Source: Octopus sinensis
Taxonomy: Eukaryota
NCBI RefSeq assembly: GCF_006345805.1
Contig: NW_021836831.1
Span: 1 to 36,768 of the forward strand
Direction: 5' to 3'
Length of the DNA stretch: 36,768 nt
The notes beneath the pieces are model-generated. The model was not told where the DNA came from, did not search any database, and saw only the letters and a list, made by a program, of their open reading frames with translations. How positions within the stretch are numbered: position 1 is the stretch's first letter; every line of letters begins with the position of its first letter. Position numbers and translations under genes: made by a program. Below are positions 23,647-35,529 of the stretch, in pieces.

Positions 23647-24206
23647 GGCAAACAACAGGTTGCTTAGCCAGATACCGAAAAATTAGAAATAGCAGTCAAA
23701 GACCATTTATTTCTAATTTATACATATTAGAAATAACAGTCAAAGACCGTTTATTTCTATTTTATACAAATTAGAAATAGCAGTCAGAGACTGTTTATTT
23801 CTATTTTATGCAAATTAGAAATAGCAGTCAAAGACCGTTTATTTCTATTTTATACAAATTAGAAATAGCAGTCAAAGACCGTTTATTTCTATTTTATACA
23901 AATTAGAAATAGCAGTGAAAGCCCGTTTATTTCTATTTTATACAAATTAGAAATAGCAGTCAAAGGCCGTTTATTTCTATTTTATAAAATTAGAAATAGC
24001 AGTCAAAGACCGTTTATTTCTATTTTATGCAAATATAACTCCACTAGAAATAGCAGTCAAAGCCCGTTTATTTCTATTTTATACAAATATAACTCCACAT
24101 ATAACTCCATATACATGTATGTGGAGTTATATTCGTATAAAATAGAAATAAACGGTCTTTTAATTTTTTCGGTATGTGGCTAAGCAACCTGTTGCTTGCT
24201 CTTTTA
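23641..24206. mobile_element. Foldback/MITE with ~45-bp TIRs and an internal 9 x 44-bp tandem array, inserted in (TA)n
   Basis: Left TAAAAGGGCAAACAACAGGTTGCTTAGCCAGATACCGAAAAATTA vs right (rc) TAAAAGAGCAAGCAACAGGTTGCTTAGCCACATACCGAAAAAATTA. Unit TTAGAAATAGCAGTCAAAGACCGTTTATTTCTATTTTATACAAA (23683-24087). Confidence 0.85.
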
Positions 24207-24392
24207 TATATATATAATTTTTTTAAAAAGTTCCTACCGATAATAGTTATATTTACATACCGAAATCTACTCGGGAATAATTGTTGGTTTTTTTTAAAAA
24301 TTAATAAATATTTACCCTTATATTATTAAATATATATATATATATGTATATATGTATACACACACACACATATATATATAAAACTTAGATAT

Positions 24393-24604
24393 ATTCTTTA
24401 TTGCCCACAAGGGGCCAAAACAAGGACAGACAAGGATAGATTAAGTCGATTACATCGACCCAGTTGCGTAACTGGTACTTTATTATCGACCCCAGAAGGA
24501 GGATGAAAGGCAAAGTCGACGACCTCGGCGGAATTTGAACTCACAACGTAATGACAGACGAAATACGGCTACGCATTTCGCTCGGACTGCTAACGTTTCT
24601 GCCA
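24393..24604 (-). mobile_element. tRNA-derived SINE-C
   Basis: Reverse complement of GGCAGAAACGTTAGC...GAGTTCAAATTCCGCCGAGGTCG...CCCCTTGTGGGCAATAAAGAAT. Confidence 0.85.
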
Positions 24605-24614
24605 TGCATGTATA

Positions 24615-24648
<34 letters not shown>

Positions 24649-24694
24649 ATCTATATATACATAATACACAAGTATGTCTGTGTGTGAATTGTGT

Positions 24695-24725
<31 letters not shown>

Positions 24726-25429
24726 ATGATCATGTTACTACAATGCATAGACGTTGGCCAATAAAACCGCAACGCGCCTTTAACAACAAAATGCGTTCGG
24801 CTTTTATTGCTCACGAAATCCAAAACGATTTCAATGGGTTAATAATATACAATCAACATACGTAGGTGTTGCCCACCCCTTCTCTCTTCCTCTCTCTGTC
24901 TCCCTCTCTCTGTCTCTACCTACACACACACATACATATACACATAGCTCTTTGGACAATTAGGGTAAAACTAGGTCACAGCTTTAATTTCAGAAATTCG
25001 TGTGAGTGAAAGGCTGACAGGAAATTTGAGAGATAAGAATGAAAGGCAACCAACAAAGAGAAAATACAATGAGTCGCTTTATTGGCTGCCCTGAATGACC
25101 TCCTGCTTAACATTAAATATATTCTTAAGAACTGAATACAATTTATTCATCCGCGCGACCCAGAGCCAGAATGAAATGGCTTTTGGGAGTCCTACACCTG
25201 GAAATATTCTGTCTTTCTGCAAGGTACAGATTTTTCTTGTCTTATATCTTGTCATAAGATAGAGTTTACGTATCTGTGTATGGATAGGTGGATAGATGCA
25301 TGTTTATATATTATTGTTATGTTACAATGCAACATAGAGATTCGTTACCCAGACATAAACAGACAAATTGATGAAATCACGAACGTAGATTCAGTTGTAT
25401 ATACACTGACATCCATGCTTTTAAATATC

Positions 25430-25669
25430 TCTCTGCCTGCCTGTCTGCCTAACTATCTATATCTGTCTCTATCTATTCATATATCTGCCTCTCTCTCTAT
25501 CTCTCTCTCTCTACCTGTCTTTCTCTCTATCTATCTGTCTCTCTCTAACTATCTATCTATCTGTGTCTCTCTCTCTATCTATTTACATACTATTCTCTCT
25601 CTCTCTCTCTCTCTCTACCTATCTGTCTCTCTCTCTATCTATCTGTCTCTCTCTCTCTCTTTCTATCTT

Positions 25670-25706
<37 letters not shown>

Positions 25707-25789
25707 AATCTATCTATCTATCTATCTATCTATCTGTCTATCTGTCTGTCTGTCTTCTATCTTAATATCTATCTATCTATCTATCTATA

Positions 25790-25826
<37 letters not shown>

Positions 25827-26261
25827 GTGTCTTCTATCTATTTACATTTATATTCTCTCTCTCATCTCTCTCTTTCCATCTGTCTTTCTCTCTATCTATC
25901 TGTCTGTCTTTCTCTCTATCTACCTCTCTATCTATCTCGTTAATTTCTATCTGTCTTTCTCTCTCTCTATCTCCCCTCTCTCTATCTATTTATCTCCCTC
26001 TCTCTCTAGCTATCTATCTCCCTCTGTCTCTATCCATCTCCCCTCTCCTATCTCCCTCTCTCTATCTGTCTATCTCCCTCTCTCTCTATCTATCTATCTC
26101 CCCTTCTCTCTATCTATCTAACTGCCTCTCTCTCTCTTCTCTATCTATTTTATCCCCCTCTCTCTATCTATTCAACTCCGTCTCTCTCTAGCTATCTATC
26201 TCCCTCTCTCTCTATCCATCTCCCCCTCTCTCTATCTCCCTCTCTCTCTCTCTCTATGTCT

Positions 26262-26332
<71 letters not shown>

Positions 26333-26380
26333 CTCTATCCCTCTCTCTATCTATCTCCCTCTCTGTTTATCTATCCCCTC
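25430..26380. repeat. ~950-bp compound (TCTA)n/(TC)n pyrimidine-rich microsatellite
   Basis: Direct reading. Confidence 0.95.
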
Positions 26381-26396
26381 CCCACGGAAAATGGGA

Positions 26397-26873
26397 TTTT
26401 TTCTAGCGGTGTCAAATGAAATTGTCACCCATGATTATGACCCTAGTATCGATCTATTGCATTTCAATCTATTTTAGGGTTAGGTTTAGAGTTATGGCTA
26501 GGGTTAGGGGTGGGGGAAGGGTATCTTTTTTTCTTCAATCTGTTCTTAAACGAGGGACATATTCATACAGCACGGAATGTTAAAATTGCTGAAATTCTCG
26601 AAATTAAAGTCGAAATATCCTACAACATACAGACTTTTCTCAATAGTAGAAGACACTTGCCCAAGGTGCCACGCAATGGGACTGAACCCACAACCATGTG
26701 GTAAGTCAGCAAGCTACTTACCACACAGCCACTCTTGCGCCTATTTATTTACATTTCTGAACAAAAAGATACCCTTCCACCCACCCCTAACCCTAAAACA
26801 GATTGAAATGCAATAGATTGATACTAGGGTCATAATTATGGGTGACAATTTCATATGACACCGCTACAAAAAA
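26397..26873. mobile_element. MITE with ~115-135-bp inverted arms containing TTAGGG-like motifs; SINE-A fragment (about 26635-26742, -) in the centre
   Basis: TTTTCTAGCGGTGTCAAATGAAATTGTCACCCATGATTATGACCCTAGTATC... is mirrored by ...GATACTAGGGTCATAATTATGGGTGACAATTTCATATGACACCGCTACAAAAAA. Confidence 0.8.
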
Positions 26874-27544
26874 CTGCCGTTCAAACCGAAAAGATCCAAA
26901 AAATTATTTATTTTGTGTTTTATTTACTTTGCTAGGAAGTCGTTGTAGGATCGACTAGTCACGACTCGCTAGCACGGACACAAAATAAATAATTTTTTAA
27001 AGCAAAGTAAATAAAACTCAAAAACACAAAGTAAGGATCGACTAGTCATGACTAGCTTATGCGAGTGCGCGCACCGAGACCACTGTTCTCAAGTAGTACC
27101 CCATGGTTTTTATGAAATGAACTATTTTGACTTTCTTCTTTTTTTGTTTGAGGGGAATAAAAAAATCTTTTTAGTCAATTGATATTTTATTTAGGTTTTT
27201 AGTCGCACGACACACTTTAGAATTCTTAGCCAATTATATAAACCTTCTTGATAAGCCATTCTGTATATCTGTATTTTTATTTGCATGTATATTTTTTACC
27301 TTCTGTATTTTTTTTATATATGTATTCTTTTTATATGTTTAAAGGCCAGGGTAGTATTTAGATCTGATCAAATGTTTGATAAGAGACGGTGTTATGTATA
27401 AAGTTGTTGACTCGAATTTCATGTTTCTTCTCTGATCGATGTTTCTTTATCTCTCTCTGTCTCAATTACACTTGAGCACTTCCTTTCTGCAGCCTTATAA
27501 ACACTCTTTATCTTTATAAAAAGCGGCAAAAATTATTTCTTGTC

Positions 27545-27639
27545 ATATGTATGTGTGTGTGTATATATGCATGTGTATGTGTGTGTATATATATATATGT
27601 GTGTGTGTGTATATATATATGTGTGTGTATATATATATA

Positions 27640-27700
<61 letters not shown>

Positions 27701-27725
27701 ATATATATGTGTGTATATATGTGTG

Positions 27726-27756
<31 letters not shown>

Positions 27757-27831
27757 ATATATATGTGTGTGTGTATATATATATATATGCGTGTATATAT
27801 ATATTTATGTGTGTGTGTGTGTGTATATATA

Positions 27832-27864
<33 letters not shown>

Positions 27865-27931
27865 GTGAGTGTATATATATATATATGTGTGTGTGTATAT
27901 ATATTTGTGTGAGTGTGTGTGTGTATATAGC

Positions 27932-27991
<60 letters not shown>

Positions 27992-28013
27992 TAGATAGAT
28001 AGATAGATAGATA
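27545..28013. repeat. Compound (TA)/(TG) then (GATA)n microsatellite
   Basis: Direct reading. Confidence 0.95.
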
Positions 28014-28371
28014 AGTGAAATTGATTAATTATGAAATAGTCATAAAGATATTTGCAAAACTATATAAAGTAGCCACTTGTTGATAGAGTGAATCTTAATA
28101 GTAACAAAGCAGATGAGATCAAACCAAAGACCAATACCGGAGGTTTTATTGTACAAACTCTATTTTTCATTGATTCTTTTGTTATTTTTCATTAATTAAC
28201 TTTTCTTTATAGAATCAATTTGTTTCTTTATGTAATGTGTCTCCACCCAGCTGGGAAATGATCCACAGATTTTTAGCTCAAGATGTACTGTGATCAACAG
28301 AGCACATTCCAGCATTCAGGGTTTAACTGTAACCAATCGAACTGTAATAAGCAGAGTAATGTAGCTAACCA

Positions 28372-28792
28372 AGGTGGCAAGCTGGCAGAATCGTTAGCAT
28401 GCCGGGCGAAATGCTTAGCAGTATTATGTCTGTCGTTACGTTCTGAGTTCAAATTTCCGCCGAGGTTGACTTTGCTTTTCATCCTTTCGGGGTCGATAAA
28501 TAAAATACCAATTACGCACTGGGGGTTGGTGTAATCGACTTAATCCCTTTGCCTGTCCTTGCTTGTCACCTCTATATTTAGCCCCTTGTGGGCAGTAAAG
28601 AAATAGGTATTTCATCTGTCGTTACGTTCTAAGTTCAAATTCCGCCTAGGTCGACTTTGCCTTTCATCCTTTCGGGGTCGATAAATAAAATACCAGTTAT
28701 GCACTGGTGGTTGATGTAATCGACTTAATCTCTTTGTCTGTCCTTGTTTGTCACCTCTATATTTAGCCCCTTGTGGGCAGTAAAGAAATAAG
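28372..28792 (+). mobile_element. Two tandem SINE-C copies (28372-28605 full; 28606-28792 5'-truncated)
   Basis: Pol III-type head GGTGGCAAGCTGGCAGAATCGTTAGC...GAGTTCAAATTTCC. Tail TTTGTCTGTCCTTGTTTGTCACCTCT...GCCCCTTGTGGGCAGTAAAGAAATA. Confidence 0.88.
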
Positions 28793-28813
28793 AGACACGG
28801 CATAGCGACTGTT

Positions 28814-29039
28814 ACTCTTTTACTTGTTTCAGTAATTTGACTGCGGCCATGCTGGAGCACTGCCTTTAGTTGAGCAAATCGCCCCCAGGACTTATTCTTT
28901 GTAAGCCTAGTACTTATTCTATCGGTCTCTTGCCAAACCACCAAGTTACGGGGACGTAAACACACCAGCATCGGTTGCCAAGCGATGTTGGTGGACAAAT
29001 ACAGACATACAAACATATACACACATACATTCATACATG

Positions 29040-29099
<60 letters not shown>

Positions 29100-29262
29100 G
29101 ATGAGCTTCTTTCAGTTTCCGTCTACCATATCCACTCACAAAGCTTTGGTCAGCCCGAGGCTATAGTAGAAGACACTTGCCCAAGGTGCCATGCAGTGGG
29201 ACTGAACCTGAAACCATGTGATTGGTAAGCAAGCTACCTACCACACATCCACTCCTGTGCCT
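28814..29262 (-). mobile_element. SINE-A full length
   Basis: Head, body and tail match other copies. Confidence 0.9.
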
Positions 29263-29449
29263 TGGTTTATTAGTGTCAAGAAGAACATTCAGCTATGAAT
29301 AATACTTTAGATAAACTGAAGTTTCCAATATTTTTGTTATCTTATGCAAGATTTAGAACCATCAGCTTTTGTATATTGTTGTTTACCTCATTTTAGGAGT
29401 ATTTTAAAATTGTTTTATTTTCTCTTTTGACATCTTTCATTTAAAAGAC

Positions 29450-29533
29450 ATGGACATCTATGAGATCACCAAAAAATATTTTTCTGGTGACATTGAAGCA
29501 GTCAAAATCTTCATAACTGAGCATCCAGATGAA
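29450..29533 (+). CDS. Ankyrin-repeat gene exon (MDIYEITKKYFSGDIEAVKIFITEHPDE)
   Basis: Acceptor AAAAG at 29443-29447, donor GTAAGT at 29534. GDIEAVKIFI resembles an ankyrin helix. Confidence 0.65.
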
Positions 29534-29695
29534 GTAAGTTGTTCTTTTTCTTTCCTTCTCAAATTTGATTGCTTGTTTCTTATTTTATACACAGTATGAA
29601 ATGTTCCTAAGTAATCACATACATTTGTCCATAATATTTCATTTCTTTCTTCAACTCTTTCCTCTAATCCTCATCATTGTCACTTTTTATATATA

Positions 29696-30088
29696 CTAGC
29701 AGTATCGCCCGGCGTTGCTCAGGTTTGTTTTGACCCTTTAGAATTGGAATTTTTTGAAAAGTAAAAATTTTGCATTATGTAGCTTTTTATTCTCTTTAAG
29801 TGAACAATTTTCTGGTTGAAATATACCGAACAATGGTGACACATCAGTCAGAAAATCATTAAAAAATAAGGATTTTCATAGAAAAAAAGCAGCTTTTTGA
29901 TGTACATAATTTGTGGTCTTAACATGGCCTGATTTGAATTTCATCTTCTACGGAATGAAGAGCAAGCCTTCTTCTATCATACTCTCAATTTTAGTCAACT
30001 TGCGCCTCAGGGTCTCGGAGGAGATAGTGTTAGTTGAAGGCTACCAACCTGCCATACACAGACAACTTCATCTTTATATATATATAGA
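29696..30088 (-). mobile_element. Non-autonomous Helitron-like element
   Basis: Minus strand starts A|TCTATATATATATAAAGA and ends with hairpin CCTGAGCAACGCCGGG followed by CGATACTGCTAG|T: 5' TC, 3' CTAG, inserted between A and T. Confidence 0.75.
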
Positions 30089-30139
30089 TTTAACCAAACC
30101 CTGAAGCATGCTAGAATTAAGAGAATGTGAGTGAGAGAG

Positions 30140-30420
30140 AAACCCAATCTCATACACTGCAATGGGGTATTCTGGCAGGAAATATTCAATCCAAGAGATG
30201 AGGGAAAGATGGAGTTAGTAGATGGATGGTGACTTTGTCAAGAAGTCCTTTTGCCACAAACAGTTGAAGGTTTTACTGATGTCAAGGGCCGCATCAATTC
30301 TTTTGCAGAGTTTATCAAACATACGAAAATACTGGTGTGTCACATAGGAATCAAGCCCCAACTTGATCTGGCTTTATAAAACTGTACTGGTGTTCATTGA
30401 ATAGAGAAAGATACCCAAAA
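30140..30420 (-). mobile_element. Degenerate CR1/L2-like reverse-transcriptase fragment
   Basis: Minus strand reads EHQYSF..KARSS..YVTHQYF..AALDISKTFNCLWQKDFLTK..SLISWIEYFL, matching the ALDISKAFDRVWH-type RT motif. Confidence 0.7.
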
Positions 30421-31270
30421 GGACAAAGATGGTGGTTGTTTGTAGCTTTTTACTTCATAATTGAAATATTGGAAGTTAGAATGATACGATGGTAGTCAGT
30501 AGATGGGATATTGTCTGCAGGAATATAGAGCTGGGCTTCTCAAAGAGGTCAGTACTACCAATGTGTAGGGGCTGTGGGAAAATTTTATAAGAATTTATGT
30601 GTATATGAAACACGAAGATTCTACTTTAATTAATCACCATAATTTTTGTCGTTGTTCTTGCCTGACTGGTCATCTCATTCTCCGTTACCTCAACGTTACA
30701 GGTTCAAACCCTCCCTTTTCTTCTGTTCATCGCATGTAAAACTTCCGTCTTCTCTCTCTCTCGCTCTTGTAATTTCCCTTTTTCCTCTGACCCTGGTCTA
30801 AATACAGAATCACCCCCTTTCAGTATTTACATTTGTTTCTTTATGTTCCATGTTCAAATCTTGCCAGAGTATCTATTACCACTCTGGGGTCATTATAATC
30901 TGTACCAGTAATATCCAGGGGTTTATGCAATAAACTGTTCTCCTTCTCCTCTCTGGTTCTTGTGTCTTATTACTGTTGGACAAAATACCTTGTGGTATTT
31001 ATTTATGACTCTGTATGTGCTGAGTTCAAATCCGGCCAAGATCGACTTGTCCTTCCATCTTTGCAAGGTTGATAAAATGCAATACCAGTCATGTAATGGG
31101 GTCCATACAACTATCGATAGCCCCTCTTTCTCTCCTAAATTTCATGTTGATATAACTGTTGTTCATTGTACCATATACACATTCCTGTGTTTATTCAGGT
31201 GTGTATATATCATTTTTGTACTGTGTAGAGTGTGTAGTGAATAAATATATATTTTTTTCTTCTTTTTCTT

Positions 31271-31670
31271 TCTTTTTACTTGTTTCATTCATTTTGATTG
31301 CGGCCATGCTGGAACACCACTTTAATCGAGCAACTCGACCCCGGGACTTATTCTTTGTAAGCCCAGTACTTATCCTATCGGTCTCTTTTGCTGAACTGCT
31401 AAGTGACGCGGACGTAAACACACCGGCATCGGTTGTCAAGCAATGCTAGGGGGACAAACACGGACACACAAGCACACACATACATATATATATATATACA
31501 TATATACGACAGGCTTCTTTCAGTTTCCGTCTACAAAATCCACTCACAAGGCATTGGTCGGCCCGGGGCTATAGAAGAAAACCCTTGCCCAAGATGCCAC
31601 GCAGTGGGACTGAACCCGGAACCATGTGGTTGGTTAGCAAGCTACTTACCACACAGCCACTCCTGCGCCT
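31271..31670 (-). mobile_element. SINE-A full length
   Basis: Matches the family consensus seen in the window. Confidence 0.9.
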
Positions 31671-31783
31671 ATGTTGACTTAATTACATTTGTTTTCTCTA
31701 ATGACCTAATAACTATTAATTATGTCTATCATTGTGATGTTTGTATTTTTCACGTTTTTCTTCCATCTTTCCATAACTTCCAG

Positions 31784-31820
31784 CCAACATTATGATGTGG
31801 TGGCTTTGATGCTGGCCGAG
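31784..31820 (+). CDS. Ankyrin-repeat gene micro-exon (QHYDVVALMLAE)
   Basis: Long pyrimidine tract plus CAG acceptor (31781-31783), donor GTTAGT at 31821. Phase-0 end joins in frame to exon 33708. Confidence 0.7.
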
Positions 31821-31933
31821 GTTAGTTAACAAATACATATTATATACACTCTCTAGTCTTTGATTGATCTGTTAAATATTATTATCATTAAGGTACCAGT
31901 GAAATAATGGGGGTAGATTTAATCACCTATATA

Positions 31934-32320
31934 CTCTTTTATTTGTTTCAGTTATTTGACTGCGGCCATGCTGGAGCACCACCTTTACTCGAACAAATCG
32001 ACCCCATGACTTATTCTTTGTAAGCCTAGTACTTATTCTATCGGTCTTTTTGCCGATCCACTAAGTTATGGGGATGTAAACACACCAGCATCGGTTTTCA
32101 AGCGATGTTGGGAGGGGGAGGACAAACACACACACACGCACACACACACATATATTCGACGGACTTCTTTCAGTTTCCATCTACCACATCCACTCACAAG
32201 GCTTTGGTTGGCCCGAGGCTATAGTAGTAGAAACTGGCACAAGGTGCCACGCAGAGGGAATGAACCCAGAACCCTGTGGTTGGTAAGCAAGCTACTTACC
32301 ATACAGCCGCTCCTGCGCCT
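31934..32320 (-). mobile_element. SINE-A full length
   Basis: Matches the family consensus seen in the window. Confidence 0.88.
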
Positions 32321-32679
32321 GTATATTGATCATGATGATGATGACATTTGTGGCTGTGACAGTCCAACAGACCACCACCACTGACAATAGTATTTTTAAT
32401 GGTCAGATGAAAGAAGTTCATTATGAAATTAACCAAAATATAACAAATTTCATGCCCTATCCTATTATAAATTTGAGTGATGGTTCTTTGCTGGTTATGT
32501 TTTTGTGTTCGTTAACTCCTCAAACCAGTAACTCCCCAATCCTGGGAGAATTTGTTTTGAAGAACCACCTAATTGGGGCCCCACTATTTTTACTGCATTT
32601 TAAAATAAATACATGGCATTGGAGCAATGACGATAAATTTTATACCATGAATGCCCAGGGAGTATCGTAAGGAGGTTCG

Positions 32680-33106
32680 ATTTCTTTTCTACTCTAGGCA
32701 CAAGGCCCGAAATTTTGGGGCCTGTCGATTAGATCGATCTCAGTATGCAACTGGTACTTCATTTATCGATCCCAATAGGATGAAAGTCAAAGTCGACCGT
32801 GGCAGAATTTTAACTCAGAACGTAAAGACAGACTAAATGCCGCTAAGCATTTCGCCCGGCATGCTAACGTTTCTTATTTCTTTATTGCCCACAAGGGGCT
32901 AAACATAGAGGGGACAAGCAGGGACAGACAAACGGATTAAGTCGATTACATCGACCCCAGTGCGTAACTGGTACTTAATTTATCGATACCGAAAGGATGA
33001 AAAGCAAAGTCGACCACGGTGGAATTTGAACTCAGAATGTAGCGGCAGACAAAATAACACAAAGCACTTTGCCCAACGTGCTAACGTTTCTGCCAGCTCA
33101 CCACCA
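32680..33106 (-). mobile_element. Tandem SINE-C-family copies (32872-33106 typical; about 32680-32871 with an alternative tail)
   Basis: Both share the head CGTTAGC...GAGTT.AAATT. The left copy ends ...CCCCAAAATTTCGGGCCTTGTGCCTAGAGTAGAAAAGAA. Confidence 0.8.
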
Positions 33107-33328
33107 TAGGAGGTTCAATTTAATTTGTGAAGGGCCTCTTAAATGGAGCCCCACTTACCTCCTTCTCATATTTTTACTTGCTCCTGTGTTTATTGATTGA
33201 ATTATGACCAGCATCAGTGCTTAGCGTTTTTGCAGAAGCTAGACCTGAAGCTGCCTTACCACAGAAAGGGATAAAGGTAGGTTAGGCTGAAACAATTTGT
33301 TTATGAAGCCTTTATCGTGTATCTAACA

Positions 33329-33529
33329 CAGTGCTTTTGAACCAGGGTTCCGCCAGTACAGTCCAGGGGTTCCGCAAGAAGTTACAAAAATGCTAAAATC
33401 AACAGTAATTTTTAATTCTCCTGTGCAAATATGTGTGCATAAGTCAATTAATTTATTGCACAGGGGTTCCTCGAGCCAGTGAAATGTTTTCTTGGGGTTC
33501 CGTTCCAGCAAAAAGGTTGAAAAGCACTG
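33329..33529. mobile_element. hAT-superfamily MITE (201 bp)
   Basis: TIRs CAGTGCTTTT(G/C)AACC. Perfect 8-bp TSD ATCTAACA (33321-33328, 33530-33537) with central TA, typical of Buster/Charlie-type hAT elements. Confidence 0.9.
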
Positions 33530-33707
33530 ATCTAACACATACACAGAGCAAATTATAGAAGACATCATGAAGATTAACTTTATCGACAGACAGCAAATGT
33601 ATCTAATCAGTTTGATCAAAGTATCCAGTAGAAGAAAATAACGACACATTGATATCTACCTGGATTTTCATGTAAATTTTCATTTTCTATTTTTACCTCC
33701 ACAAAAG

Positions 33708-33917
33708 GGTTCAGTGAAATCAGAATTAAAGAACAATCAGAAAATGACACTGTTGCTTGAAGCCGTTTCCAGGGGCCACCTCGGAATGATACACAGGTTA
33801 ATAGCCCTGGGAGCAAACATAAATACTGTTAATGGTGAAGGTAACAGCTGTTTGCACCTTGCTGTGAAAACAGAAGTGTTTAATTCCGAGGATGCACCCA
33901 TGGATGTACTAAACGAA
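33708..33917 (+). CDS. Ankyrin-repeat gene exon
   Basis: GSVKSELKNNQKMTLLLEAVSRGHLGMIHRLIALGANINTVNGEGNSCLHLAV...DVLNE. AG acceptor at 33706-33707, GTAAGT donor at 33918, phase 0/0. Confidence 0.88.
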
Positions 33918-35529
33918 GTAAGTTTTTAAATTGTTTGTGTATATATATATATGTGTGTGTGTATGTGTGTGTGTATGTGTCTGTGTGAATTTGTGTATTT
34001 GTGAGTCTTTGTGGGAGTGTGTGAGAGAGTGAGAGACAGACAAACAAGCTTTGCTTGTCATGTATCAATTCTCCCCTATCAACCCCATTCTCCATTACCA
34101 TTCCGTGATCCAGTCTCCCCTTGTTACCCGAGTGATATTATGTAACAAACAATATTCCATCTCCTTTCACTCTCAAAGATGTCGTCTCACCACGGTCGAG
34201 AGGTGAACCATCTCGGTTGTTGGCCATATAAACTCAGCCATCACAATGTGACGGAGAAGTGGACTATTTAATAGAGGAGATATTATTCTCAATGAACGAT
34301 GATGCAGGATAGAAGAGATGTCTGAGCTTTATAGTGCTGGTGCCATGGTAAATGCATCCAGTCCATTCTATGAAGAATTCTGATTGAAACTGATCACTAT
34401 CCTACTTCTTGTACACGACATGATTCCACTGACTTATTGTGGACTTGTCATAACATTGTTCAATGTTAGGACACTAGAGAATGAATAGAATAAAGCATGG
34501 TCCTTAGTGAGTTTTCCTGTATTTAAGTTCCGTATGTACACTTAGGCACACACACCCACACTAACACACACACACTCACACAGACAAATATACGCATGTA
34601 ACGATTTTGAGTTTGAGTATATACCTTATATCATGTAAAATGCTGTTTAAAGCCCGTTTACTTTATTCGGCTATCTGATGTTATCAACAGTATGGACTTC
34701 AATACTACTGGACTTTTTGCTGTCATCTCATAAATGAAGCAGTTTTTTATAATTCTTATATTTTTCAAAATTAAGATAAACAAAGTACTTTTTTCAGTTA
34801 ATCTAAAACATATCCTCCTTCATTTTCTACAATGCTCTTCCATCTATCTGGTAGACTTGCAAGTCACCTCTTCCAAAATTCACTTGTCCGTGATTAAAAA
34901 TACTCCTCCATTACTTTTCTGACTTGACACTAATTCCTGCTTCCGTTACTTTACCTTCATCATTCAAAGATGCTTCTTGCTTAATTATGGAAACATTATT
35001 GATATGTTTGGTCATGTCTGTGTGGTATTGATTTTGTTATGTTATAGGTGCTTTTGTTTCTGATATAACTTATGTTCTTTCTTCTCATGTTGTGTTATAT
35101 TCATATATACAATACTCTTTCTTATGGCCACATGGTTGCCTTTATCAAGCCAATTATATAGATAGGTTCTTGTTGGTTTGTTCTTCCTATATTTGATTTT
35201 TCTATTGAATATATTGTGATATTTGTGATTGACAAGTAAATATTTACTCATTAATTATCAATGAGCTTGATGTTAATCAATACGGTTTGTCCTTCTCAAT
35301 GTAATGACAATATATTTAGAGGGTGTTTAAGTGTTGAAAATAAAGTAAAAACATGAAAATGGGAAATTGACTCAATTAAAGATTATGTAACAGATCAATA
35401 TTTTGTAATTGCTTTAATTGGTGGATAAACAACCTATGAGTAAATTTAGATTAACTTTTGTGTAATTAGGGGCATTTGTTATGAATCTTTGTGTAATATT
35501 GTCATCATTTTATATTTCATTATTTGTAG

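Noticed and set aside
23683-24087. CRISPR-like array of palindromic 44-bp repeats
   Set aside because: Units are directly adjacent with no unique spacers, there are no cas genes, the context is eukaryotic, and the array is enclosed by TIRs.
24960-25230. Promoter or first non-coding exon of the ankyrin gene (ATTGG at about 25081, AAG|GTACAG donor at about 25224)
   Set aside because: Motifs are too short to distinguish from chance without transcript data.
26476-26515. Interstitial telomere
   Set aside because: Only a few degenerate TTAGGG units, located inside MITE arms.
8853-28000. Many ORF-track proteins rich in YI/CV/LS/HT (e.g. 8853-9194, 9943-10269, 25280-25943, 27540-27944)
   Set aside because: Translations of stop-free microsatellites.
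30521-30547. Micro-exon EYRAGLLKE (CAG...GTCAGT)
   Set aside because: No pyrimidine tract, adjacent to a CR1 remnant, and it does not resolve the phase mismatch.
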